Below are positions 10,815 to 20,383 of a stretch of DNA of 64,000 nt, in pieces. Where the stretch lies: NCBI GenBank assembly GCA_965247095.1, contig OZ251997.1:384001-448000 (forward strand), in the 5' to 3' direction. The notes under the pieces were generated by a model. The model saw only the letters and a list, made by a program, of their open reading frames with translations, made no database searches and had not been told where the DNA came from. Numbering within the stretch: the stretch's first letter is position 1; every line of letters begins with the position of its first letter. Origin of the DNA: Candidatus Multivorans sp. (GTDB lineage: Bacteria > Acidobacteriota > Thermoanaerobaculia > Multivoradales > Multivoraceae). Position numbers and translations under genes: made by a program.

Positions 10815-11582
10815 ATGAAGGACCTGTTCGACCTCACCGGCAAGGTGAGCGTCATCACCGGATCGACCAAGGGGATCGGCAAGGCGATCGCCGAAGCGCT
10901 AGCGGCCTTCGGCTCGAAGGTCGTCATCTCGAGCCGTAAGGCGGATGCCTGCGAGGCGGTTGCGGCCGGGATCAACGAGAGCGGCGGCGAGGCGATGGCG
11001 CACCCCTGCCACGTCGGTCACAAGGATCAGTTGGAACGCCTGGTCGCGGCAACGCGCGAGCGCTGGGGAAAGATCGACAACCTGGTCGTCAATGCCGCGG
11101 TCAACCCGTACTACGGCTCGAGTCTCGGCATTCCCGACACGGCGTTCGACAAGGTGATGGAGGTCAACATTAGGAGCGTCCACTGGCTGTGCCAGATGGT
11201 GATTCCCGAGATGCGCGAGCGCAAGGACGGCTCGATCATCATCGTGTCCTCGATCGGCGGCTTCCGCGGCAGCTCGATGCTCGGCGCCTATGCGATCTCG
11301 AAAGCCGCCGACATGCAGTTGGCGCGCAATCTGGCGGCCGAGTTCAGCCCGGACAACATCCGCGTCAACTGCGTTTGCCCCGGCCTGGTCAAGACCGACT
11401 TCGCCCGCGCGCTGTGGGAGAACCCGGAGAACAGGGCCCGGGTCGAGGCGACCACGCCGCTGCGGCGTCTGGGCGAGCCCGAGGATTGCGCCGGCATCGC
11501 CGTCTACCTCGCCTCGCGCGCCGGCTCGTGGACCACGGGCCAGAGCTTCACCGTCGACGGCGGAGTCGTAGCCTGCGGTTGA
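10815..11582 (+). CDS. Short-chain dehydrogenase/reductase
   Basis: TGSTKGIG, YAISK catalytic motif, IRVNCVCPG. Confidence 0.95.
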   Translation: MKDLFDLTGKVSVITGSTKGIGKAIAEALAAFGSKVVISSRKADACEAVAAGINESGGEAMAHPCHVGHKDQLERLVAATRERWGKIDNLVVNAAVNPYYGSSLGIPDTAFDKVMEVNIRSVHWLCQMVIPEMRERKDGSIIIVSSIGGFRGSSMLGAYAISKAADMQLARNLAAEFSPDNIRVNCVCPGLVKTDFARALWENPENRARVEATTPLRRLGEPEDCAGIAVYLASRAGSWTTGQSFTVDGGVVACG

Positions 11583-11712
11583 CCGCGTTCTCCGCTGCGC
11601 TTGTCCTTCTCGGCGGCGCGGCGGCCGGACAGCCGGCCGGCGGCGGTTTTCTCAGCGTGGACGCCACAAGGGCCGGGGCAGGGACCGCCGCTGCCTGAGA
11701 GTCGCTTCCGCC

Positions 11713-12540
11713 CTATACCTTGGCCATCGGCACCGGTAACCCCGCCACCGGCGCCCTGGTCCTAAAGATCGAGCCGCTGCTCTCGGGATCGTCCTGGCTG
11801 CCGGCGGTGACCACATAGAGGTCGCGCCGGTCGCTGCCGCCGAAGCAGACGCTGGTGATGTTGTCTGCCGGCACGTCGAGGTGGCTGAGGATCCTGCCCT
11901 CGGCGTCGAGGCGGGTCACGCAGCCGCCGGCGAAGCAGGCGACCCAGAGGCAGCCCTCTTCGTCGACCGCGAGGCCGTCCGGACGACCGCGGTCGGGTGA
12001 CGCGAGAGCCCGGCGGTTCACACAGCGGCCGTCGTCGGTGATGTCGTGGGCGACGACATGGTTGCGGGCCGTATCGGCGTGGTAGAGCGTGCGGCCGTTC
12101 GGTGAGAAGCCGATGCCGTTGGTCAGGCTGATGTCGCCATAGAGTTCGGTGGCGTTGCCCACCGATTCGATCCGCCAGCACTCCCCGGGGGTCCGCTGCT
12201 GGCTGCCGGTGAACGGGCTCGTGCGCATCGTGCCGGTGATCACGCGGCCCTCGGCATCGACGAACAGGTCGTTGAAGCCGGGCGTGTCGGGCGGGTCGAA
12301 GAGGATTCGGGTGACGCCGTCACGCACATGGCAGATGTTGCGGCCCGAGCACACGATGCCGCCCTGGGCGTGGAGTGCAATGCCGCCGACGCCGCGCCGC
12401 TTGGGCACCACGGTCTCGATCTCGCCGTTCGGGCTGCGGCGGTAGACGCCGCCGTTGTGAACGTCGCTGAAATAGAGGCGATCCTCGGCGTCGACGCGAG
12501 GGCCTTCGATCAGGGTGTAGCCGGACGCCAGGAGTTCCAT
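11713..12540 (-). CDS. SMP-30/gluconolactonase family protein
   Basis: EGP, FND, NGIGFSP, PDGLAVDEEG, SVCFGG motifs. Confidence 0.92.
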   Translation of the reverse strand: MELLASGYTLIEGPRVDAEDRLYFSDVHNGGVYRRSPNGEIETVVPKRRGVGGIALHAQGGIVCSGRNICHVRDGVTRILFDPPDTPGFNDLFVDAEGRVITGTMRTSPFTGSQQRTPGECWRIESVGNATELYGDISLTNGIGFSPNGRTLYHADTARNHVVAHDITDDGRCVNRRALASPDRGRPDGLAVDEEGCLWVACFAGGCVTRLDAEGRILSHLDVPADNITSVCFGGSDRRDLYVVTAGSQDDPESSGSIFRTRAPVAGLPVPMAKV

Positions 12541-12561
12541 GGGGCGCGCACTTTAGCAGCG

Positions 12562-14040
12562 CTACCGCCAGCGAACCCCCAACCAGGCGGCGGGGTGGAG
12601 GAAGATCAGAACCGTGATGATCTCCAGCCGCCCGATCCACATGTTGAGCGACAGGTAGACCTTGATCGGGTCGGAGAAGTGGGCGTAGTTGCTGGACGGT
12701 CCGATGTCTCCCAGGCCCGGGCCGATGTTGCCGAGGGTGGCGATGCTGGCGGTCACCGCGGTTGGCATGTCCGTACCGGCCAGTCCGACGACGCCGACGC
12801 TCATGGCGAACAGCACGAGGTAGAGCAGGAGGAACGACACGACGGCGTGGATCACGTCGTCGGGCACTCTCCGGCCGTCCAGGCGCAGCGGCCGCACGGC
12901 CCGCGGGAAGACGGTCTGGAACAGTTCGAGCAGCGTCGACTTCGCGATCAGCCATACCCGCACCAGCTTGGGGCCTCCGGCCGCGGAGCCGCCGCAGCCG
13001 CCGCAGAACATGAGCAGCAGCAGGATGGTCTGACTCGCCTGCGCCCACAGCGCGAAATCCTCGGTCGCGAATCCGGTTGTAGTGATGATCGCGACCGCCT
13101 GGAAACCCGCGCGCCGCAGGGTGTCCTCCGACAGGGCGTCGGTCGCGATCCACTCCCACAGCGGTACTTCGTCGCTCTTGAGGGTGCAGGCCAGAAGCAG
13201 GGTCGCGGCGACGACGATCAGGAGGTAGAGCCGGAACTCCTCGCTGCGCAGCAGGGTCAGCGGGCGGCCTCGGACGGCCTGGAACTGGAAGGCGTAGTTC
13301 GCTCCGGCGAGGAGCATGAAGGCGATCACGGTCCACTCGATCAGGCTGCTGCTGTAGCCGCCGATGCTGCTCGGATGAGGAGAGAACCCTCCCGCCGACA
13401 CGGTGCTCAAGGAGTTGCAGATGGCGTCGAAGGGCGGCATGCCGAACCGGATCAGGAGGCCGGTTTCGAGAGCGGTCAGGCCGACGTAGAGCGTGTACAG
13501 GTAGAGCGCTGTGTTGCGGATGCGAGGTGTGAGACGCTCCTCCGTGGGCCCGGGTGCTTCGGCGAAGAACATCTGGCGGCCGGCGATGCGGAGCGCGGGC
13601 AGCACGGCGATGAAGAGGGCGATGATGCCCATGCTGCCCACCCACTCGCTCAGGCTGCGCCAAAGGAAGATGCCTTCGCTCACCGCGTCGAAGTCGGTGA
13701 GGATGGTGGCGCCGGTGCCGGTCAGGCCCGACATCGACTCGAAGAGCGCGTCGGCGGGGGCGAAGCCGCTCACTGAGTAGGGGATGGCGCCGATCAGCAC
13801 CAGGAAGAGCCAGGCCACGGCAACGGTCGCCAAACCTTCCATCCGCCGCATTTCGAGCCCCCGACCGGGCAGCAGCCGCGAAGCCGCTCCCAGTAGAACG
13901 GCGAGGCCCGCCGCGCCCAGAAACCCCAGCGCGCTGCGGCCGTGTCCGTAGGCGGCCTCGACCGCCGACGGCGCCAGCAGCACGACGCCGAAGAAACCGA
14001 CCAGCGCCAGGGTCGTCCGGAGAACCAGGGAAACGCGCAC
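12562..14040 (-). CDS. trkH: Trk potassium uptake membrane protein
   Basis: FESMSGLTGTGAT, TTTGF, TLGNIGPG, WIGRLE selectivity-filter repeats. Confidence 0.95.
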   Translation of the reverse strand: MRVSLVLRTTLALVGFFGVVLLAPSAVEAAYGHGRSALGFLGAAGLAVLLGAASRLLPGRGLEMRRMEGLATVAVAWLFLVLIGAIPYSVSGFAPADALFESMSGLTGTGATILTDFDAVSEGIFLWRSLSEWVGSMGIIALFIAVLPALRIAGRQMFFAEAPGPTEERLTPRIRNTALYLYTLYVGLTALETGLLIRFGMPPFDAICNSLSTVSAGGFSPHPSSIGGYSSSLIEWTVIAFMLLAGANYAFQFQAVRGRPLTLLRSEEFRLYLLIVVAATLLLACTLKSDEVPLWEWIATDALSEDTLRRAGFQAVAIITTTGFATEDFALWAQASQTILLLLMFCGGCGGSAAGGPKLVRVWLIAKSTLLELFQTVFPRAVRPLRLDGRRVPDDVIHAVVSFLLLYLVLFAMSVGVVGLAGTDMPTAVTASIATLGNIGPGLGDIGPSSNYAHFSDPIKVYLSLNMWIGRLEIITVLIFLHPAAWLGVRWR

Positions 14041-14158
14041 GACCGGCGGCTTCTATGACGCTGCGCCGCGGAACGACACTGAGTGAGGTTTGCGGTGCAG
14101 CGTCATGGTGAGGTGGGGGCTGGGGCCAAACGGCGAGTCAGCGAGCGGTTTGGCGGCT

Positions 14159-15511
14159 CTAGGAGGCTTCCGGCGCGAGTTCGAAGGCCGGACCGACGGT
14201 ATCGGCGGCCTCGGCCGTGGCGACGACCAGCAGACGGTCGCCGGCTCGCACTTCGTCGCCTCCGCCGGGCACGATCGTGTTGTAGTGACGCAGGACCGCG
14301 CCGACGATGACGCCGGTCGGCATGTCCATGTCGCGCAGGCACCGAGCCTCGAAGTCCGACGGGACGGTGATTTCGACCACTTCCGCCCGACCGTCCTCGA
14401 GTGTGGCGCGGTACTCCAGGCGCGGCGCCTGGATCTGGTGCAGGACCTCGGCGATCGCGGCGGCGCGGGCGTTCAGGGTCACGTCGATGCCGACCCGCTC
14501 GAACAGTGAGCTGCTCGTGTCGTGGCTGACTCCGGTGACGACCTTCGGGATCCCGAGCTGTTTGGCGATCAGGGAGCAGAGCAGGTTCGTCTGATCGTCA
14601 CCGGCCATGGCGACCAGAGCATCGCTGCGCGCGACGCCGATTTCTTCCAGCACCTCCAAGTCCGTGCCGTCGCCGCAGAAGACGATCGCCCTGCCTACCT
14701 GTCCGGCGATGTCCTCACAACGCCGTCGCGAGACCTCGATGACCCGGACTTCGGGCCAGAGGCCTCGCGTCAATTCCTGAGCCAGGAGCCTGCCGGTGCG
14801 GCCGCCGCCGATGATCGTCACGCTGCGCACAACGGTTTCGGGCGCGGCGAAGAATCGCTTGGCCACCTGCCGTAGCGCGGTCCGCCGACCCATGAACAGG
14901 ACCTTGTCGCCGGCTTCCAGGCGGTCCTGCCCGCGCGGAACGATCAGTTCGCCGTTCCTGACCCGGCTGACGACCAGAGTGTTCCTGGGCAGGGGCGAGT
15001 TGGCCAGGGTCGGTCCGCACAGCGGGGAGTCCGCCGGCAGCCGGTACTCCATCAACCACACCCGGCCGCGGTGGAAGTTCTCCACATCGAGGGCCCGGGG
15101 CTCGAGCACGATCCGGGCGATCTCCCTGGCCAGCGACCACTGCGGCCAGATCAGGTGGTCGATGACCTCTTCGAGTGTCGTCTGCTCCGGGTCGTTGAAG
15201 CTCTCGTGGTGTTCGTCCTGTGAGATGAAGCAGTACGTCGTCGCCTTCGACCGGCCGCGGGCCGCCAGGCAGGCGATGATGTTGCGCTCGTCCGAGTCGG
15301 CGCAGGCGATGAACGTGTCCCGGTCTGAGAGACCGACATGCTTCAGCGTGGTGCGGCTGGCCGCCGGTCCGACCGTGATCTGCAGGTCGAGGTGTTCGAA
15401 CCGGCCGCGGGCGGTCTCGGTGGGCACGACGACGAAGACATCCTCCTCGCGTGCCAAGGAGGACGCGAGCAGGTACGCGATGTCCCCGCCCCCGGCGATG
15501 ACTACAGTCAC
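14159..15511 (-). CDS. trkA: Trk potassium uptake NAD-binding regulator (two RCK modules)
   Basis: IAGGG and IIGGGRTG Rossmann motifs, GDGTD, adjacent to trkH. Confidence 0.92.
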   Translation of the reverse strand: MTVVIAGGGDIAYLLASSLAREEDVFVVVPTETARGRFEHLDLQITVGPAASRTTLKHVGLSDRDTFIACADSDERNIIACLAARGRSKATTYCFISQDEHHESFNDPEQTTLEEVIDHLIWPQWSLAREIARIVLEPRALDVENFHRGRVWLMEYRLPADSPLCGPTLANSPLPRNTLVVSRVRNGELIVPRGQDRLEAGDKVLFMGRRTALRQVAKRFFAAPETVVRSVTIIGGGRTGRLLAQELTRGLWPEVRVIEVSRRRCEDIAGQVGRAIVFCGDGTDLEVLEEIGVARSDALVAMAGDDQTNLLCSLIAKQLGIPKVVTGVSHDTSSSLFERVGIDVTLNARAAAIAEVLHQIQAPRLEYRATLEDGRAEVVEITVPSDFEARCLRDMDMPTGVIVGAVLRHYNTIVPGGGDEVRAGDRLLVVATAEAADTVGPAFELAPEAS

Positions 15512-15589
15512 AACCGGGACGATAGCGCGCCTGTGGCGCCTCCTAGAAGATCCGGGAGAAGCCGCTGCTCTCGCTGCTCAGCCTGGATC

Positions 15590-15948
15590 ACCACGTTGTT
15601 GTAGATCGAGCCGAACGTGTACCGGAGCTGGATGCCGCCGCGGATACTCGACTGCCGCTGCCGCGCGGTAGGAGTAGTAGGCGCCCATGCCCATCCGCCA
15701 CGTGTCCGTGGTGCGTCCGGCGGCGGCGCTCGTCTGGTACGACTGCGAATCTCTGCGATCCTCGGTGCGGAAGTCGGTTTCCATGCGCAGCCGCTGTCGC
15801 AGTCGAGGAACAGGCGCAGCGCCTCCGTGCCGTCGGTCGTCTCGAGCGCGGGCGCCGGCCCGGCGAAGCTGGTGAGAGCGAACAACGCGAGGGCCGGGAA
15901 GATCGGACGCCATGGGCGGCGTTGTCGATCTCGGGCCGGCTTCGGCAC
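15590..15948 (-). pseudogene. Collapsed remnant of an outer-membrane-type secreted protein
   Basis: Signal peptide then LRLFLDCDSGC; a different frame reads FRTEDRRDSQSYQTSAAAGRTTDTWRMG; the first frame then gives GIQLRYTFGSIYNNVV, all within ~360 bp. Confidence 0.55.
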
Positions 15949-16161
15949 GTCTCCGCCCCCGGCGCCCCGAACGTCGCTATGATGCCGGACGGACTCCCGT
16001 GAGGCTCTCGGTGTCATCGATGGTGGCCTTGGGCGCTTGCAGTGGATGTGCAAAGGGCGGCGAATGGGACGGCGGCGGAAAATACCACAACGAAAAGAGA
16101 GAGCTTCGAGCGTGAACGGCCTCCCGCGCGACGAGCCCGCTGACCTGCGGGGAGATTCCCG

Positions 16162-17025
16162 GTGAGCGTCGTCGACTCGGTCGAGTCCGGCGCCGTTCAG
16201 GCGCCCGGAACACGTCCTGCGAGCGACCTCTGGCGGCGTGTGAAGGCCCTGATCAAGTGGCCGTTCTACATGGTGTACCAGCGGCGGCTCGAGTCCAAGG
16301 TGCGGACCTGGCGGCTGCCCCGGCACATCGGGCTGATCATGGACGGCAACCGCCGCTTTGCGCGCCAGCAGGGGCTCGGCAACGTCAGCGCCGGTCACTT
16401 CCGGGGCGCCGAGAAGCTGTGGGAGGTCCTCAACTGGTGCTACGAGGCGCAGGTCTCGACGGTCACCGTGTGGAGCATGTCGCTCGACAACTTCAATCGC
16501 TCCGCGAAGGAAGTGCAGGCCCTGTTCGATCTGTTCGAGGAGAAGATCCGGGAACTCGCAAACCATGACGACGTCCACGAGAAGGGCATCCGGGTGCGCT
16601 TCCTGGGGCAGATCGATCTGCTGCCGGAGAGCCTTCAGACCGCGATCCGCGAGGCGGAGGCGGCGACCAGCGGCTACGACCGCTACCGGTTGAACATCGC
16701 GATGGCGTACGGCGGCCGGGAGGAGATCGCGAGCGCCTTCCGCAACTACCTGCTGGACAACTCGGCGGTCGGCAAGTCGCTCGACGAGGTCGCCGACGAG
16801 TTCAGCGCCTCGTCGATCGAGCGCTACCTCTACACCTCCGGCCAGCCCGAGCCCGACCTGATCCTCCGCACCAGCGGCGAGGTCCGCCTGAGCGGGTTCC
16901 TGCTCTGGCAGAGCACCTACTCCGAGTACTACTTCTGCGACACGCATTGGCCCGCTCTGCGTAAGATCGACCTCCTGCGCGCGCTGCGCTCCTACAGCAG
17001 CCGCCAGCGCCGCAGAGGACGTTGA
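16162..17025 (+). CDS. uppS: cis-prenyltransferase (undecaprenyl/short-chain Z-isoprenyl diphosphate synthase)
   Basis: HIGLIMDGNRRFA, AYGGREEI, RTSGEVRLSGFLLWQ. Confidence 0.92.
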   Translation: MSVVDSVESGAVQAPGTRPASDLWRRVKALIKWPFYMVYQRRLESKVRTWRLPRHIGLIMDGNRRFARQQGLGNVSAGHFRGAEKLWEVLNWCYEAQVSTVTVWSMSLDNFNRSAKEVQALFDLFEEKIRELANHDDVHEKGIRVRFLGQIDLLPESLQTAIREAEAATSGYDRYRLNIAMAYGGREEIASAFRNYLLDNSAVGKSLDEVADEFSASSIERYLYTSGQPEPDLILRTSGEVRLSGFLLWQSTYSEYYFCDTHWPALRKIDLLRALRSYSSRQRRRGR

Positions 17026-17092
17026 GATTCCGGGACACGAAACAAACAGGCAGGCGCGGTACTCGCCCGATCGTGGTTGACGGTCGGGCGTC

Positions 17093-18187
17093 GTGTCGGC
17101 TGGGAGTTGCCAAGTGAACAAGACAGCGCGGAAATTCCTGATCGATCTGTTGGCCACGCCGAGCCCCTCGGGCCACGAGGAGCCGGTGCAGGAAGTCGTT
17201 CGCGCCTACGCGGGCAAGTTCGCCGACGACGTTTCGACCGACATTCATGGCAACGTGATCGCGGCCGTGAACGTCGAGGCCGGAGAGAAGCCGGACGGCC
17301 GCCGCGTGCTGTTCGCGGGCCACTGCGATCAGATCGGTCTGCTGGTCAGCTACATCGACGACAAGGGCTTCCTGTGGGTGCAGCCGATCGGCGGTTGGGA
17401 TCCGCAGCAGTTGATCGGCCAGCGGACGACCGTGTGGGCGAAGGACGGGCCGGTACCCGCGGTCATCGCCCGCAAGCCGATCCACCTGCTCGATACCGAG
17501 GAGCGGCGGCGCGCGGTCAAGATGGAGAACCTCTGGCTCGACATCGGCGCGACGGACGGCGACGACGCGAAGAGCGTGGTGCGGGTCGGCGACCCGGTGA
17601 CGCTCGATCTCGGTTTCCGGGAACTGCGCAACGGCCTGGCCAATGCTCCGAAGATGGACAACACGACCGGCCTGTGGGTGGTCATCGAGGCGCTGCGGCG
17701 GGTCGCAAAGAGGAACCCCAAGGTCGCGGTGTACGCGGTGTCGACGGTGTGCGAGGAGATCGGCCTGCGCGGTGCCCGCACCAGCACCCACGGCGTCGAC
17801 CCCGACGTCGGCATCGCGGTGGACGTGACCCACGCGACCGACTGTCCCACGATCAGCAAGCGGCAGGAGGGTGACCTGCGCCTGGGCGGCGGTCCGGTCA
17901 TCGTGCGCGGGCCCAACATGAACCCGAGGGTCAGCGATCGGCTCGAGGCGATTGCGGAAGAAGAGAAGATCCCGTTCCAGTTGGCGGCCCTCGGGCGCGC
18001 GGCGCCGAACGACGCGAACTCGATCCAGATCACCCGCGCCGGTGTCGCGACCGGACTGATCAGCGTCCCGAACCGCTACATGCACAGCGCCGTCGAGACG
18101 ATTTCCCTGGACGACATCGATCGCTCCGCCGATCTGCTGGCCGGCTTCGCGGCGTCCCTTACGCCCGACGAGTCTCTGATCCCCTGA
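17093..18187 (+). CDS. M42 family metallo-aminopeptidase (start may be GTG 17114)
   Basis: PSPSGHE, GHCDQIG, MDN, EEIGLRGA, RYMHS. Confidence 0.93.
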   Translation: MSAGSCQVNKTARKFLIDLLATPSPSGHEEPVQEVVRAYAGKFADDVSTDIHGNVIAAVNVEAGEKPDGRRVLFAGHCDQIGLLVSYIDDKGFLWVQPIGGWDPQQLIGQRTTVWAKDGPVPAVIARKPIHLLDTEERRRAVKMENLWLDIGATDGDDAKSVVRVGDPVTLDLGFRELRNGLANAPKMDNTTGLWVVIEALRRVAKRNPKVAVYAVSTVCEEIGLRGARTSTHGVDPDVGIAVDVTHATDCPTISKRQEGDLRLGGGPVIVRGPNMNPRVSDRLEAIAEEEKIPFQLAALGRAAPNDANSIQITRAGVATGLISVPNRYMHSAVETISLDDIDRSADLLAGFAASLTPDESLIP

Positions 18188-18200
18188 TCGACGGGGTCAA

Positions 18201-18298
18201 CCTGGGAACCCGGGTGGCGCGATCCGCGCCACCCGCGAACCACTCCGAGCGCCCGTCATCGGGCGCGCGGATCGCACGCGGGCATCCTGCCCGCATCC
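18201..18298 (-). repeat. Intergenic copy of composite palindromic REP-like element
   Basis: Reverse complement is near-identical to 63284..63380; three adjacent hairpins. Confidence 0.85.
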
Positions 18299-18367
18299 GG
18301 CTTCCGGCTGCTAACGTCTGCCGCCACAATCACCGTCCAACGAAGCGACAAAGGGACACAGAAGGAA

Positions 18368-19141
18368 ATGCCGATGAAGAACCGTCTGCGCGACAAGATC
18401 GACAGTGGAGAGGCGGCGCTCGGCGCCTGGCTGGCCCTTCCAGACACGCACAGCGCCGAGCTGATGTCCCGTCTCGGTTTCGACTGGGCGACGATCGACA
18501 TGCAGCACGGGCTGGTCGACTACCAGCGAGCGACGGAGATGTTGCAGGCGATGACCGCCTCCGACACGACGCCGATCGTCCGCGTGCCCTGGAACGAGCC
18601 CGGGATCATCGGCAAGATGCTCGACGCCGGCGCTCACGGCATCATCATTCCGATGGTGAACAGCCGTGCCGAAGCGGAAGCCGCGGCGGCCGCCTGCCGG
18701 TACCCGCCGCGCGGAAAGCGCAGCTTCGGTCCCTTCCGCGCCGGCCTGCTCTACGGCGGGAACTACCTCGAGGAGGCGAACGAGCAGATCTACTGCATCC
18801 CGATGATCGAGACCCAGCAGGCGCTCGACAATCTGGACGACATTCTGTCCGTGCCGGGCTTCGACGGCGTCTACGTCGGCCCGAGCGACCTCAGCGTGTC
18901 GCTGGGGCTTCGGCCGGCGGCGGACCAGGAGGACGAGAAGTTCATCGCCGCTATCGACAAGATCCTCGATGGCTGCAAGCGGCACGGGCTGTTTGCCGGC
19001 GTCGCCGGCACCGTCAAGGAGGCGCCGAAGCGGATCGGGCAGGGGTTCCGGTTCGTGGAGGTGGCGCGCGACGGCGGATCGATGGCCAAGGCGGCGCTCC
19101 AGGATCTGCGCACCGTGCGGGCTTTGATGGAGGAAGGCTGA
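18368..19141 (+). CDS. HpcH/HpaI aldolase family protein
   Basis: FDWATIDMQHG, VRVPWN, LDAGA, MIET, GPSDLSVSLG. Confidence 0.93.
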   Translation: MPMKNRLRDKIDSGEAALGAWLALPDTHSAELMSRLGFDWATIDMQHGLVDYQRATEMLQAMTASDTTPIVRVPWNEPGIIGKMLDAGAHGIIIPMVNSRAEAEAAAAACRYPPRGKRSFGPFRAGLLYGGNYLEEANEQIYCIPMIETQQALDNLDDILSVPGFDGVYVGPSDLSVSLGLRPAADQEDEKFIAAIDKILDGCKRHGLFAGVAGTVKEAPKRIGQGFRFVEVARDGGSMAKAALQDLRTVRALMEEG

Positions 19142-19284
19142 GCCGATTCACTCGGTATCTGGAACGAATCGGCCCGGGCAGCGTTCTCACTACAGAGGCG
19201 GGCCGGCAGCGGCGTGTCGACGGGTGGAGACAGGACACTAGAATGCAGAGCGAACGCAGAGGCGAACAGGAGAAGGATCGAACC

Positions 19285-20226
19285 ATGTCGCGAATGAAGG
19301 TCTGGTTGGTGATGGGTCTGGCACTGGCTGTGGCTGTGCCGGCTGTGGCGCAGGACGGCGAGGAGAAGCACGTTCGCAAGATCCAGATCAAGAAGATCGT
19401 GGAGTGTGCGGACGGCGAGGACTGCGAGGAGCACGCGAGCCGGATGGTCTTCGTCGGCGACGACGGCGACGTGCGGATTCTTCATGGCGACGATACGGAA
19501 TGGGTGTCGGAGGACAATGTCCGCATTCTCAAGGCGGGCGGCCACGACGTGATCCTGATCGAGGATGAGGACGGGGACGGTGAAGAGGGCAACTCGATCA
19601 GACGCCGAATTCACCGGGTCATGCAGCGGGCCGCGGAGGGCGGTCGGGGCCTGCATCTGGCCCACGGCGGCGGCGCCTTTCTCGGCGTCCAGCTCTCCGA
19701 TCTGACCGCGGAGCTCCGCACTCACTTCGGTGTTCCGGAGGACGCGGGCGTCATGGTCGGCAAGGTCGTTGACGGCAGCCCGGCCTTCCGCGCCGGCGTG
19801 GAGGTCGGCGACATCGTGACGGCGGTCGACGGCGTAGCAGTCGACTCGGCGTCATCGCTCGCGCGCGCGATCCGCGGCCATGAGAACGGCGACACGGTCG
19901 TCCTCGAGGTCTGGCGGGACGGCCAGGTGCAGAAGATCAGCGCCGCCCTCGAAGAGCGCGAGCGACAGGTCGCGATGTCCAGCGCGGTGTCTGGCGCCGT
20001 GGGCGGCCACGGCGAAGCCCGGGTGATCGAGGTCAAGGTCGACTGCGAGGACGGCGAGGACTGCACGGTCGACATCGACAACGCGAACGCCTTCGAGTTC
20101 GCGGCCTCGGCCTGCGGCGACTCGGGCGAGTGCGAGGTGAATGTCGAGTGCGACGGCGGTGACTGCGCCTGCACCGTGAACGGGGAAGCGGTGGACTGCT
20201 CCGCGTTCCCCGGCCTTCCCCAGTAG
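19285..20226 (+). CDS. Secreted PDZ-domain protein with Cys/acidic-rich flanks
   Basis: Signal peptide (AVA-Q), FLGVQL..GVMVGKVVDGSPA..GDIVTAVDG PDZ motif, Cys-rich C-terminus. Confidence 0.85.
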   Translation: MSRMKVWLVMGLALAVAVPAVAQDGEEKHVRKIQIKKIVECADGEDCEEHASRMVFVGDDGDVRILHGDDTEWVSEDNVRILKAGGHDVILIEDEDGDGEEGNSIRRRIHRVMQRAAEGGRGLHLAHGGGAFLGVQLSDLTAELRTHFGVPEDAGVMVGKVVDGSPAFRAGVEVGDIVTAVDGVAVDSASSLARAIRGHENGDTVVLEVWRDGQVQKISAALEERERQVAMSSAVSGAVGGHGEARVIEVKVDCEDGEDCTVDIDNANAFEFAASACGDSGECEVNVECDGGDCACTVNGEAVDCSAFPGLPQ

Positions 20227-20275
20227 ACCTTGGGCGTTTCGCTCGCATGCGCCGGAGGGGCTCCGACAGGGGTGC

Positions 20276-20341
20276 CATCCGTGCGCCCGATGACGGGCGC
20301 ACGGACTGGTTCACGCGTGGCGCGGATCGCGCCACGCGGGA
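20276..20341 (+). repeat. Intergenic copy of the ~69-bp palindromic unit
   Basis: catccgtgcgcccgatgacgggcgcacggactggttc is identical to the sequence from 58061; followed by a gtggcgcg/cgcgccac hairpin. Confidence 0.85.
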
Positions 20342-20383
20342 TGTAGAGGCGCGGCCCTCAACGCGATGAGAGGACCTGCCCGG

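Noticed and set aside
11579-11698. Short signal-peptide-like ORF after the SDR gene
   Set aside because: Only about 39 codons; may be a gene remnant but cannot be supported.
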